Origin: Candidatus Bathyarchaeota archaeon
GTDB lineage: Archaea; Thermoproteota; Bathyarchaeia; Bathyarchaeales; Bathycorpusculaceae
Assembly: GCA_963780185.1 (NCBI GenBank)
Contig: CAWABA010000006.1
Location: 416,001 to 480,000, forward strand
Direction of reading: 5' to 3'
DNA: 64,000 bases
Part shown: piece by piece, positions 10,132-20,024 of the stretch
Layout of the letters: the number at the start of each line of letters is the position of its first letter
Numbering within the stretch: position 1 is the first letter of the stretch
The notes under the pieces: generated by a model
What the model was told of the DNA's origin: nothing
The model's input: only the letters and a program-made list of their open reading frames with translations
Databases searched by the model: none
Made by a program: the position numbers and the translations under genes

Positions 10132-10718
10132 ATGAACAAAAGAGTCATACTCATCACGGGCACGCCGTGCACGGGCAAAACAACCACCGCCAAAGCCTTA
10201 GCCGCCAAACTCAACGCAGCCTACATTAACCTCACTGACTACGCCAAAGCCAACAACCTCATCTGGAGGAGGACAAAGAACGAAACACCCTCATAATCAA
10301 CGAGGAAGGCATGCAGGAAAAACTCGCCCAAACCATCGACGCAAACCGACAACGCCAACGTCATCGTCGACGGGCACTACGCCAGCGCCGTAACGCCGAC
10401 CCAGCATGCGGCTCAGGTTTTTGTTTTGCGCAGAAACCCCAAGGAGCTTAAGCGTCTTCATGGAGAAATGCGGTTACACGGGGAGCAAGATGTGGGAGAA
10501 TTTGCAGGCGGAAATTATCGATGTGTGTTTTGGGTGAGGCGGTTGAGGTGCATGCGGGCAGGGTTTGCGAGTTGGATGTGACGGGCAAATCGGTTGAGGA
10601 AGTGGTTGGCGAGATTTTGGATGTTTTGGAGAAACGCAAAACCTGCTTTGTAGGCGTCGTGGATTGGCTGGGCATGCTGGAGCGGGAAGGATTAACCGAC
10701 CAGTACCTCAAAGTCTGA
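10132..10718 (+). CDS. Archaeal adenylate kinase AK6/Fap7-type, broken by ~4 frameshifts (likely sequence errors)
   Basis: MNKRVILITGTPCTGKTT P-loop, then VIVDGHY, VFVLRRNP.EL, K..ENLQAEI and VDWLG in successive frames. Confidence 0.8.
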
Positions 10719-10731
10719 AGAAATCGTCAAT

Positions 10732-11022
10732 TTATTTTGTATATGCTTTTTTTCTTGCTTTTATATCTGTAACGTAGATTGTGGCGTCAGTTTTATCCAC
10801 AAAAAATATAATTCGGTAGCCGCCGATTCTTAACCTAAACGTGTTCTTGACGCCTCGGATTACCTCAGTATTCATCTCTCTGAGGCTTAAAGGGTAATTT
10901 TCCAACTTTGCGATGTGGTCTTTAAACGATTTCTTAAGTGTTAAGTCCGTTATTTCGTTTAAAAACTTGTAAACCCTTCTGTGAGCTACTATTTTGTATT
11001 TAGGCACTATTGAGTTCCTCAA
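10732..11022 (-). CDS. RelE/ParE-family type II toxin
   Basis: FRLRIGGYRIIF..D...IYVTDIKARKKAY. Confidence 0.85.
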   Translation of the reverse strand: MRNSIVPKYKIVAHRRVYKFLNEITDLTLKKSFKDHIAKLENYPLSLREMNTEVIRGVKNTFRLRIGGYRIIFFVDKTDATIYVTDIKARKKAYTK

Positions 11023-11212
11023 GCGTTACGCAATTGCCTTTTTTCATTTCTTCAATCGAACGTTTTATTTCTTCTTTTTCCTCTTCGCTTACTGTTACCC
11101 TCGGAAGCCCCTTAACAATAACTTCCTCGATTGCATTTTCAATGAGGCTTAGCCTCTTATTCACTCGTTTGACTTCGTCATAAATCATTTCAAGCGTAAC
11201 TTGGGTTCCCAC
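11000..11212 (-). CDS. Putative antitoxin of the RelE-type toxin
   Basis: 70-aa acidic protein upstream of and overlapping the toxin; ends EEMKKGNCVTLEEL as in archaeal RelB-like antitoxins. Confidence 0.75.
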   Translation of the reverse strand: MGTQVTLEMIYDEVKRVNKRLSLIENAIEEVIVKGLPRVTVSEEEKEEIKRSIEEMKKGNCVTLEELNSA

Positions 11213-11454
11213 TTACGTCGCCTTGAGTAATGACTGGTCCGAAGCAACTTATATTTTTTTCATATAGAGGTGGCAAGAAGCCTTCACTTGATTGCTTACT
11301 AAAAAACGTCGATGACATCAAACTGCCGATGACAAAAGGCGTAGTTGACACTAAAGCCAACCTGCTCACGGTATCACCAAGAGTTAGGTGGCGGCTCGCA
11401 GGTAAAAGCGTTCTCGTCAAGGAATGTTGACGGCGACCAGTCAAGTTTTCTGGA

Positions 11455-11636
11455 CTAAGCCAGATTTGCGCCCTAAATCAAGAAACCAACCCAAAACAAG
11501 CCCCAGCAGAAACAGCCTACCGAGGGAGGGGGTCTACTATTTGTGACAAAAAACCACCACAAAAAGCGGGTTCTAGCCAGCCTTGACCAAGGAAGGGTAC
11601 CCCCATTTTTACATCAAAAAACCAAGGTAAAAATGG
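11455..11636 (+). repeat. Dispersed intergenic repeat family A, full two-hairpin copy
   Basis: First ~89 nt ~78% identical (hand alignment) to the reverse complement of 40302-40390; GGGAGGGGGTCTACTA followed by TTTGTG-N12-CACAAA and CCATTTTTAC-N14-GTAAAAATGG hairpins. Confidence 0.8.
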
Positions 11637-11675
11637 ATTCCAAAATCAATCCACGAAAAATCTGCCGTCCCGCGT

Positions 11676-12038
11676 CTACATGAAGCTGCCCATTTTCTGC
11701 TTGGTAAGCAGCGTGATTTTTCGGCGGTTGCTGTAGCTTTTGGCGTGGTCGCTGAATTTGTCAGCTATCATGATGGGGCTGCCTAAGCCGACGTCTTCGG
11801 AAGCCGTGTCTAAACCGATGATGAGGTTGACGCCGACGGTTCGGTTCCAATCCCTAACCCAGACACCCTGCTCCTGCCGACCTTTCTGCACGATTAAATC
11901 AAAATGCCGGGTTGCCCCGCTGAACCCATCCAAAGCAGCGTTTTCCTTGTTAACTTTGTAGCCTTCCTTCTTGAAGTATTTAACCGCCAACTCCATGAGG
12001 TGGACCCTAGACTTCACCAGTTCCTTATCTTCACTCAT
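11676..12038 (-). CDS. Minimal Mrr-like restriction endonuclease-fold protein
   Basis: E.AVKYF..EGY.V, G.SG...FDLIV, V..W.RTVG, FS..AK.Y..R..ITL pattern. Confidence 0.65.
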   Translation of the reverse strand: MSEDKELVKSRVHLMELAVKYFKKEGYKVNKENAALDGFSGATRHFDLIVQKGRQEQGVWVRDWNRTVGVNLIIGLDTASEDVGLGSPIMIADKFSDHAKSYSNRRKITLLTKQKMGSFM

Positions 12039-12109
12039 CGCTCACGCGCCCTTTTCCCTGCATATCCTTATCAACCTGTACGTGGAAAAGGCTTTCGGAA
12101 GCAAGCCAC

Positions 12110-12310
12110 ATGCAGCCGACTCAAATCGTAAAATGCACACAGTGCCAAGGCTTAATGTTGACCACGACAAGGCAGAAAACCAAAATCTGCCCGTACTGCG
12201 GCGCAAACGTGGACCTTTCAAAGGCGCAGAAGGTGGCTTCGGCAAAGAACCCCTTCGAAGCTTCGACGCTACTTCGAAAACTGAAAAGTGAAAAAGGATT
12301 CAGCCAGTAA
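12110..12310 (+). CDS. DUF1922-like zinc-ribbon protein
   Basis: IVKCTQC...QKTKICPYCG...LK. Confidence 0.7.
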   Translation: MQPTQIVKCTQCQGLMLTTTRQKTKICPYCGANVDLSKAQKVASAKNPFEASTLLRKLKSEKGFSQ

Positions 12311-12314
12311 CAAC

Positions 12315-13252
12315 CTAACCGATCTGCCGCAGCATCCCGCATGCCATGCACAAATCCGACGCCGACGGCTCACCACATTCAACACAGGTTTTGAACTCTT
12401 CATGAGACGCAGTTGCTTCCAGCGCGGGTCTTAGCCGATCCATGGCTCTGAGCACCGTGAATTTGGTTCCAGCATGCTTCGACTCCATAGGTTAAGCATG
12501 TAGCGCATGTCGTTGCGCAGCGCCTCCGAAGCGTAGGGGCACGGTGTGTCTTGGAAAATGATTTTTTTCACGTAAGCGTACAGGGCGCTTTCGTTCTCTG
12601 GGATTTCGCAGAAAGGCTTGATTTTCTGCACCAACAGTGGATGCACTTCGGTTGTGACGGGTTTCTCTTTGGCGAGGCGCGCTATGTCGCCGCGGAAAAT
12701 GTTCATCAGCACGGTTTGCGCTTCGTCGTCAAGGGTGTGGGCTGTTGCAACCTTGTTGGCGTGGACTTGTCTTGCGCCGATGTTGATGGCTTTGCGTCGA
12801 AGAACCCCGCAGTAAGCGCACGCGGTCAACTCGACGTTGCCTTTGGCGCGGGTTTTCTCCACGATTTCGTCAAGCGTAAACCCGAAGAGCTCCTTGAAAG
12901 AAACGATGTGATGCGGGATTTCAAGTTGCAGACAGTTTTCTGCGGCAATCGCCAAGGCTTCGTTTCGGTAGCCAGCGATGCCTTCGTCAACTGTCACGGC
13001 GGTAAGCATGGTTTTGGGACGGTGCTGCTTCATCTTCGCCAAAATATGCAGCAGGCTTAAACTGTCTTTGCCGCCTGAAACCGCGACGGCTAAGTGGTCG
13101 TTGAAGCTAAGCATATGGTAGCGTGAGATGGTGGCGCGAACTTTGTCTTCGATGGACTGCGCAAAGCATTTCTTGCACAGCGATTCCCCTGAGTACTGCC
13201 TGTGAAAAAAGGCTTCACGGATTTTGCAGACACTACAGACAGATGTAGCCAT
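12315..13252 (-). CDS. ncsA: tRNA 2-thiolation protein NcsA/TtuA (TIGR00269), frameshift near 12490
   Basis: N-terminal CxxC..CxxC, PP-loop SGGKDS, CxxCGVLRR, AHTLDD, CPY; shifted frame gives C-terminal CVECGEP...CMAC zinc finger. Confidence 0.88.
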
Positions 13253-13414
13253 CGTTTTTTCAACTATGTTGACAAATTTGATTGTTGTTAAGGTAAATAC
13301 AAAAATAGGAGTTTTCTTCCGCATAAATCTTCCCGCTTCTTGCTTTAGTTTAAATGTTGTAGATGCCAAAAGTCGACGCCAAAATCGGAAAGCCCTGAGA
13401 CTCATAGTGCGGCC

Positions 13415-14971
13415 TTAGTGGAGGTAGAAAAGGGTCATATTGTATCCGCCACATGGCAGAATTTCATATCGATAATTCTGCATTAAATATGCAAGTTCGG
13501 CAGGGGTGAAGCTGCTAAGTTCAGGATACTGAAAGTACAGCAATATGTTGCAGTTTTTCTCTGCAAGTTCCTTCGCAACCATCGTGACATTGTGTTCTGG
13601 CAACAAAATGCAATCGATATTAGCAACCCTATAAAAAGACCGCATAGGCCTAGAACCATTATTGGAAGCCGCAAGGAAATACATTGTGGCTTGAAAACTG
13701 TTTGAAATAATGCTTTTGTTCGAGAATTCGCCGCTGTTGACGAGTTGTTGTATTTGGTTTTGTGGATTCCAACTTGAGTATGGAAATTGACTGGAGAAAA
13801 CAGAATTTGGAATGATTTGACCTTGCGGATTCCAGCTTGGATAGGGAAATTGAGTCTGTAATACAACATTTGGAATGAGCATAATGGATAGCATGATAGC
13901 TAGAATTGGAACTCGTTTCGCAATGGATATTCTCTTTTTAAGAAAGGCAGCCAAGAAGATGCTTGAGAGCAAAGCGGCTAGGGCAAAGTAGTTGACCAGA
14001 TAAACTCTTGGATCCGTTTTTGGAGCGAAAAAAAAGGAAACTGTAAGAAAGAGGAACATAGCGGTAATTAGAAGATTCTTTGCGTCTCTTTTGCTAAAAA
14101 CAAAGTATAACGAGAGAAACGATAGAAGAAAGAGAATAGGTTCACCGGTAAAAGCGAATGGCAGATAATAATAGAAGCTTGCATTAGTAATATGCGAAAC
14201 TGACCATTGATTTGTAAAGAAGTTGCTGTAAACAAAATTCCAGGGCAGATATTCTAATCGGCCAACATAAATGTACGATGAAAGGAGCTCCAAAATGACG
14301 CCGATGAAGAGAAATGGGCCGAGATAAGCAACGAAATTTCTTCTGTCTTTTATTAGTAGCAAGACAAAGATGGGTAAAATCATGATCGCCATATCAAATC
14401 GAACGATGAAACTAAAACCCATTAATGCGGATGAGATCAGATAGTCTCTGGTACGTGTTCTGTCGTCATCAAAGCCGCGGATAAAAAAGTACAGTCCCGC
14501 CAAGAACAATGTAATAGCGGGAAGGTCACTCATCACTTTTCTCGTGAAGTCCAGTAGATATGGAATTGTGCCAAACGAAACTGAAGCAATGAACGCTACA
14601 TCAACTCTTTTGGTCAATTGACGCGCGAGAAAATAAACAAAACCCGTAGAGATTAGGAGGTATGCGATCATGGCTATCCTCGCAATATTCAGTTGGGGCG
14701 GGATGAAGAGAATCAGAAGAGGCGAGCGGAGAGGGTCAACCCAATACCTTAATCCACCAGACACCGCGTTCCAGACACTTCCAACTGTATTGAGATAGCT
14801 AAATCCATCAATATCCACAAAGATGTTAAATGAGTATTGCGCATAGGTATAACCTGAAAAGCAGCCGACAATCGCTAAGGATAAAATGAGAGAAAGAAGA
14901 GGCGCATTTTTTGAGAAAAATGTGTGGAAATTCCGATTCATGCCTTCACTTGCCGCGCTACTAATTTCCAC
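13415..14971 (-). CDS. GT-C fold polyprenol-phosphate-sugar glycosyltransferase (GT39/PMT/ArnT-like)
   Basis: Multi-TM; D..SY, RSPL, MSDLPA, RF, PRVY motifs. Confidence 0.75.
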   Translation of the reverse strand: MEISSAASEGMNRNFHTFFSKNAPLLSLILSLAIVGCFSGYTYAQYSFNIFVDIDGFSYLNTVGSVWNAVSGGLRYWVDPLRSPLLILFIPPQLNIARIAMIAYLLISTGFVYFLARQLTKRVDVAFIASVSFGTIPYLLDFTRKVMSDLPAITLFLAGLYFFIRGFDDDRTRTRDYLISSALMGFSFIVRFDMAIMILPIFVLLLIKDRRNFVAYLGPFLFIGVILELLSSYIYVGRLEYLPWNFVYSNFFTNQWSVSHITNASFYYYLPFAFTGEPILFLLSFLSLYFVFSKRDAKNLLITAMFLFLTVSFFFAPKTDPRVYLVNYFALAALLSSIFLAAFLKKRISIAKRVPILAIMLSIMLIPNVVLQTQFPYPSWNPQGQIIPNSVFSSQFPYSSWNPQNQIQQLVNSGEFSNKSIISNSFQATMYFLAASNNGSRPMRSFYRVANIDCILLPEHNVTMVAKELAEKNCNILLYFQYPELSSFTPAELAYLMQNYRYEILPCGGYNMTLFYLH

Positions 14972-15213
14972 CTGAATTTGGGCTTGTTACAAGAAAGGAT
15001 GACCGTAATCTGGTGAAAAACTTTTTGACCGAGAACTTTTGATTTTGCCCATCAATAGTCTGCCGCAGCATATGTTATCCATTGCTATTCGCCCCATCTG
15101 AATTTAAGGTTTTCAGCAAAAAGCCACATTGAATTTCACAAGAAGAGGGCGCCAATTACCGGTTAAACTAAATAAACAATGCAGTCTTAGAGGACTAGCA
15201 AGGCACGAGAAAC

Positions 15214-15918
15214 ATGGCTGTTAAGCCGACTAAACCCGCGGACTACAGGGAAGTAACGTACACGGCGACGCGTTGGGCGCTGCTGCATGAGCTTCGAAGC
15301 GAAGCGGTCAAGGTTATGGCTGCGTTGGAAACGTTTCATTTGCCGTCGATTACGCACGGTAGCTTAGCCCGAGGCGACGTTAAGAAAGGAAGCGACGTAG
15401 ACATCTTCATCGGCGAAATTCAGAACAGCTTTCTCGTGGAAACCGCGTTGGAAAAAGCAGGGATACATGTCAACTGCCGATTAATCGTTCAAGCCACCCC
15501 CACATACGCCATGAAGGCTCACATTGAAGTTAGCGAAAGAATCACAGTTACTTTCCCCCTGATGCAGATGCGCAGGGTTGAGCGGGAGTTTTACCGTTTC
15601 GGCGGCGAAGTAAACCTCAAACAGCTCAAAGAGGATGTTCGGGTGGCAGGGGTAGACAAACGGCTTATGCTTATTGAACCGACGGCGACGGGGCATGAGG
15701 AGAGTAGCGTTATCGGCAGGGAACAGTTTGCTGCTAAAGTGTTGGGTGTTTCCGCTGAGACCGTGCGGGATAGGGTTCACACTCTTATGAAAAGGGACAT
15801 TGCAGGCAGAACAGGAGTCTTCGTTAAAAAGGAACTTAGGCCTGATGAGACCTTCGAATTAGCTTTGAAGAAACTGGCGGATTTGAATCCTGCTGTTCGG
15901 CGTCGAATAAAAAAATAG
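15214..15918 (+). CDS. Archaeal predicted nucleotidyltransferase (COG2413-like)
   Basis: HGSLARGDV..GSDVDI, QATP, EFYRFGG, RV.GVDKRL, GRTGVF. Confidence 0.85.
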   Translation: MAVKPTKPADYREVTYTATRWALLHELRSEAVKVMAALETFHLPSITHGSLARGDVKKGSDVDIFIGEIQNSFLVETALEKAGIHVNCRLIVQATPTYAMKAHIEVSERITVTFPLMQMRRVEREFYRFGGEVNLKQLKEDVRVAGVDKRLMLIEPTATGHEESSVIGREQFAAKVLGVSAETVRDRVHTLMKRDIAGRTGVFVKKELRPDETFELALKKLADLNPAVRRRIKK

Positions 15919-15920
15919 GT

Positions 15921-16487
15921 TTAAGTGGTGGGGTAGTAGATGAGTTCTTTTTCTTCAAGTAACGCTTGGATTTTGTCGACTGCTTCGTAAACCTGCTCTT
16001 CTTTCTTTGCGCCTACGCATACAAGTTTGCCTGCGCTGAATATGAGGAAGACGACTTTGGGTTCCGCCATGCGGAAAACTGCGCCTGGAAACTGCTCGGG
16101 CTCGTACATTACCCGTTCAAGTTTGTATACCAAGCTTTCTAAGTCGATTTCGCCGCCGAGTTCTGCGGATGCAACGATGTTTTGAATGTTGACGACGGGT
16201 TTTTCCGTTATTTGGATGCCTTCGCCGCGAAGTTCCTTCACGACTTTTTCGACGGCGCTACGGGATTCTTTCTCGGATTTTGCGCCTGTGCAAACCATTT
16301 TGCCGGTGCCGAAAATCAGCGTGGCGGTTTTAGGTTTTTTGAGTCTGAAAACTAATCCTGGGAAGACGCTTGGGTTGTACTCGGTTTGTGGGAACTTTTC
16401 CACGATTTTTTGCAGGTCGATTTTTTGGTTAAGTGATACAGAAGCAACGATGTTTTGTATGTTTATGATTGGTTTTCTTTTGCTCAT
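15921..16487 (-). CDS. tbp: TATA-box binding protein
   Basis: Two NIVAS repeats; YNPSVFPGL / YEPEQFPG; LIFGTGKMVCTGAKS. Confidence 0.98.
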   Translation of the reverse strand: MSKRKPIINIQNIVASVSLNQKIDLQKIVEKFPQTEYNPSVFPGLVFRLKKPKTATLIFGTGKMVCTGAKSEKESRSAVEKVVKELRGEGIQITEKPVVNIQNIVASAELGGEIDLESLVYKLERVMYEPEQFPGAVFRMAEPKVVFLIFSAGKLVCVGAKKEEQVYEAVDKIQALLEEKELIYYPTT

Positions 16488-16522
16488 GAATTTTCACGCG
16501 CTTAAGTATTTAAGTGACACAG

Positions 16523-16546
16523 GGGGTATATAAAGGGGTATATAAA
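16523..16546 (-). promoter_or_regulatory. Tandem TATA boxes (TTTATATACCCC x2) upstream of tbp
   Basis: Perfect 12-bp tandem repeat GGGGTATATAAA at 16523-16534 and 16535-16546, 36-59 nt upstream of the tbp ATG. Confidence 0.65.
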
Positions 16547-16591
16547 GAATCTACTTTAAGATAAACAGACAACCGCTAACTAACCTGAAAA

Positions 16592-17677
16592 TTAACTGTC
16601 ATCGCTATAAAGCGGGAACCGCAGCAACGCCGCGATTCCGCCCAAGGATAGGAGTTTTGCGCCTGCCTCATGCTCCGTGCTGATTACGGTTACAGTTGCT
16701 CGGCGTCTCTCCGCTTCCCGCATAAGTTCCTCCAGCTTGAGCCGCTGCCCTTCTTCAGCGTCGCGAATAGCTGTGTCTGCAATCACAAGTTTCTCAACCG
16801 CACCCAGCTTAACAGCGTTCTCAACCGAATCTTGCCCGTAGGTTACGTTGCCTTCGCCTTTCCCCAGCCGCTTCATAACCGCCTCTATTGTTTCCATCTC
16901 ATCCACAAACCGAAGCTGATGCGCTGCCTTAAGCAATACGCCGCTACGCAACGCCTCGTCGATGCCTGCGGTGCCGCCGTTGTTTACGCTTTTGATGTCG
17001 GCGACAGATTTTGCGATTTCTGAGGCTTCCTCGTTTAGGTACCGTACGAAGTCGGTTTTTACGTATCCTGCGCCGATGATGACGATGGGGTTGTGGTTTT
17101 GGCTCCAAAGCTTTTCGAGGCTATTCACAGCTAGGCGGAAGTAGGCTTTTGTTGCTTCAACCCGTTTGTCAGCCTCCTGTTTGCCCGGAAGCCTCAGGCG
17201 TTGTTCAACTCGAGTTTCGTACCCGTACTGTTTGGTTTCCGCGATTGCGAAGCCTTCATCGTCGATGGAAAGAATCAGCATAGGCTTCTCGGTTTGGCTT
17301 GCCTTCTCAAGCCTGTCAATCAGGTGACTTGGCCATTCTTTTTTGACGATAGTTACGGGCTTGTCCAGTGAAATGCTCAGGGTATGGTGGGCGCCAGTGG
17401 GGATGATGTCGGGCGCATGGCAGATTAAGCCGTGGACCCGTAGTCTGCCGAGGAATTTGTCCCAGCTGACGGATTCCACTTTTACGCCCATGAAGGCGGA
17501 GACGCGTTCAGCACTTTTTGGGCGGCTGGTTTCGGTGTCGCTTTTTATGGCTCGGCTGCTGTAAGCGTAGACTTCGTCACCTTTGTAGATAACATTGTAG
17601 AGATGCCACAGGTCATCTGGCGTGTCAGGTACGACTTTGACGAAGCCTTGATGCAGGTCCTTCTGGATGATTTTCAC
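16592..17677 (-). CDS. pelA: Pelota (aPelota/Dom34) ribosome rescue factor
   Basis: DDLWHLYNVI..GD, LRVHG.I, G.HHTL, LGGIAALLRF. Confidence 0.96.
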   Translation of the reverse strand: MKIIQKDLHQGFVKVVPDTPDDLWHLYNVIYKGDEVYAYSSRAIKSDTETSRPKSAERVSAFMGVKVESVSWDKFLGRLRVHGLICHAPDIIPTGAHHTLSISLDKPVTIVKKEWPSHLIDRLEKASQTEKPMLILSIDDEGFAIAETKQYGYETRVEQRLRLPGKQEADKRVEATKAYFRLAVNSLEKLWSQNHNPIVIIGAGYVKTDFVRYLNEEASEIAKSVADIKSVNNGGTAGIDEALRSGVLLKAAHQLRFVDEMETIEAVMKRLGKGEGNVTYGQDSVENAVKLGAVEKLVIADTAIRDAEEGQRLKLEELMREAERRRATVTVISTEHEAGAKLLSLGGIAALLRFPLYSDDS

Positions 17678-17780
17678 GCGGGGTTACACACTTCTGTTTA
17701 GGCTAATCGTGCACCAAGAAATAAAAGCATGCCATCTCCGGTGTTTGTATGCTCGCAGGAGCCCCCAGGTAGGAGGGTGA

Positions 17781-17817
17781 AGCATCTACGGAAAGCATCT
17801 ACACTTTGCATCTACAA
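17781..17817. repeat. Three GCATCTAC direct repeats at 13-bp period
   Basis: AGCATCTACGGAA AGCATCTACACTT TGCATCTACAAAC. Confidence 0.6.
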
Positions 17818-18115
17818 ACCAAAACCCGTTCCCGACTGCAAACGAGACCCCAGCTTTTTGATATTAGGCCCCAATACGTTTCTGATATTCAAGTACTAAT
17901 AACAAAAGAGATGTCTGAAGTAGAAATTGAATGTTTTCAGGAAAAAATCAGTGCCTTCTACCAGAACAACCCACTGAGCGAGATACACAATTTTTGCCAG
18001 GCGCTAGACGAGAGAAGATTTGGATAAAGTTAAAGAAATCTGCCAAGGAACAGCATTGAAATCCCATGTCGCTTGATAGGTGAGTCTCCTTTCAGAGGTC
18101 ATTTCATCAGCAAAA

Positions 18116-20017
18116 TCATTCTTTTTCAACATATTTGATTGCTTCATCAATCCATTTGCATGATATTTTGTTTGCTCCATTCCATCCACTTTCAAGGTCC
18201 TGTTGCGGAATATTCAAAACGGGAGATAGTGGTACTTGAAATCCTTCTTCGTTAATTCGAATGTTAAGATAAAGGTCTGACATAACAATATTAAAACGTG
18301 GAAAGTTCTTGACCAAAGTGCAATAAATTGTCTTAAGAGGAATAATATTCTCATCAGGGGTTTGGACTAAGTTTGAACCTATTTTTTTAATTATCTGTGA
18401 CAAGAACAAACTCTCTAGAAGTAGAAGCGAACAAGTATACTCGCTCAAAATGGCATTATGAATGACTTCTGTTCTCGTCAAAAAATCCGCTACACTAGAG
18501 AACTCCCTCTCGTAGACAATATCAACATCTGTTCTTGAAAGATAGCCTATTGACCAATTGAAAAGGCAAGTTGAGAGTTTGTTTATGGTTTCTTTGAAGT
18601 CAGCCTTTCTTAGATTAGCTTGAACAAATAGATCTCTCAAACCTGCAAAAATGGTTGACTGCAATCTGCTGTCCACGGCATCAAGCATCCACTCATAGTC
18701 TTTGGGATCTTGCGATAATGAAACTCTAAAACTTGGAAGATATGCGTTCGATTTGTTCTTGTTAGACATCTTCTCTTTAAATTGCGGCTTGATTCTTTGA
18801 ATCTCCTTTCCAAAGCCAAGTATTTCAGCACGAGGCAAAAGGAATGGAAAAGCGAAGCAGAATTGAATTGAATATTCTGGCGTTGGTTCAGAAGTATTGG
18901 GCAAGCTCTGGATAAACAAATACATCATTTTTGCATATAAATTATATTTCTCCAAGCTCTCACTATTCGTGGCCTTTGTTTCACGCAGTTTTGCTACATA
19001 TGGAAAAAAACGCCAATTATTAGTGAGACAAAATGGACGCAAGCCTTCAACAATTGCGCCGATATGTCCCAATTCCACGCCGAATTCAGAGATAACTATT
19101 GCATCAGGTAGATTCATAATTTGAGATGATTTGTCGCTCATGTCTACTTCTTTTAGAAGATTGAATAGCCCATCGTAGTACAAATGTGCGTAACCGCAAA
19201 AACATCGCCGACTATCCATGCTCCCAAGATGAAGAATAAGAATGTTTCTTTTTTGACTTACTTCCGAAATAAAATCCAAATAGCTTCCTGTGTAAATCTT
19301 GTTTCCATCAGTGTCTCCCAATAGTCCAATGTTATAATCATATTCTAGCGACTTATCGGGTGAACTCGTTTTATAGCCAGAAACTGCTTTCCTACTCACA
19401 TTAAATTGGAGACTCAGCGATCTATGTCTTTGCCCAATTTCGCTATGGAAAGCCCTCTTGGCAGTCATGAATATTTCTTCCATAAACCCTTGATTCTCAT
19501 ATGAACACAACCTAAATCCTTGGCCTTCTCTTAACTCGCGAACATTTACGCTCCCTCCTCTGTAGTCTTTGAAGAATTCAAAAGTCGTTTCATTCAATAA
19601 GATTTCGCATTGGTGTTTTGACTCAAAACTTAAGGTTAAGAATTCTGTGAGGCCTGCTGCGTGATCTGGATGAAAATGAGAAACTACAATTGTTCCTATA
19701 TCCCTAAATTCGATTCCATAAAGCTCTCTTAAAATTGATAAGAAACCAAAACCAGGATCAACGACAATTACACCGGGATTTTTTTCAGGTGAATCATTTT
19801 CTTGGTGTCTGCTTGTAACAAATGTGTAACACCCTCCTTTTACGTTAATGTAGCTTGGATACCAAGAGTTCCATCCTCGGGTTATTAGAAAATGTATTTT
19901 GCCGTCAACATAATATGTCCCCGAGAGCTTCTCCCCTCTTAGAATACTGTTTAGAAATTCCCGCCTTATGCCTGTTATGGTACGTGCTTTTTCGAATTCA
20001 GGTTCGCAGTTTTCCAT
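18116..20017 (-). CDS. Metallo-beta-lactamase-fold hydrolase with large helical insertion
   Basis: GWNSWYP..KGGCY, IVVDPG, SHFHPDH (HxHxDH), AFH, GDT, LHLGS, HLY, ISEFG.EL. Confidence 0.8.
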   Translation of the reverse strand: MENCEPEFEKARTITGIRREFLNSILRGEKLSGTYYVDGKIHFLITRGWNSWYPSYINVKGGCYTFVTSRHQENDSPEKNPGVIVVDPGFGFLSILRELYGIEFRDIGTIVVSHFHPDHAAGLTEFLTLSFESKHQCEILLNETTFEFFKDYRGGSVNVRELREGQGFRLCSYENQGFMEEIFMTAKRAFHSEIGQRHRSLSLQFNVSRKAVSGYKTSSPDKSLEYDYNIGLLGDTDGNKIYTGSYLDFISEVSQKRNILILHLGSMDSRRCFCGYAHLYYDGLFNLLKEVDMSDKSSQIMNLPDAIVISEFGVELGHIGAIVEGLRPFCLTNNWRFFPYVAKLRETKATNSESLEKYNLYAKMMYLFIQSLPNTSEPTPEYSIQFCFAFPFLLPRAEILGFGKEIQRIKPQFKEKMSNKNKSNAYLPSFRVSLSQDPKDYEWMLDAVDSRLQSTIFAGLRDLFVQANLRKADFKETINKLSTCLFNWSIGYLSRTDVDIVYEREFSSVADFLTRTEVIHNAILSEYTCSLLLLESLFLSQIIKKIGSNLVQTPDENIIPLKTIYCTLVKNFPRFNIVMSDLYLNIRINEEGFQVPLSPVLNIPQQDLESGWNGANKISCKWIDEAIKYVEKE

Positions 20018-20024
20018 TTGGCAG

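Noticed and set aside
1-11212. Integron-like cassette array (many small accessory genes plus a toxin-antitoxin pair)
   Set aside because: Genes are in mixed orientation, I found no attC-type RYYYAAC..GTTRRRY inverted repeats between them, and there is no integrase
11455-11636. CRISPR array or replication origin (ORB) as the explanation of the G-string repeats
   Set aside because: Units are dispersed rather than regularly spaced with unique spacers; no TCCA..GAAAC ORB core, cdc6/orc1 or cas gene in the window
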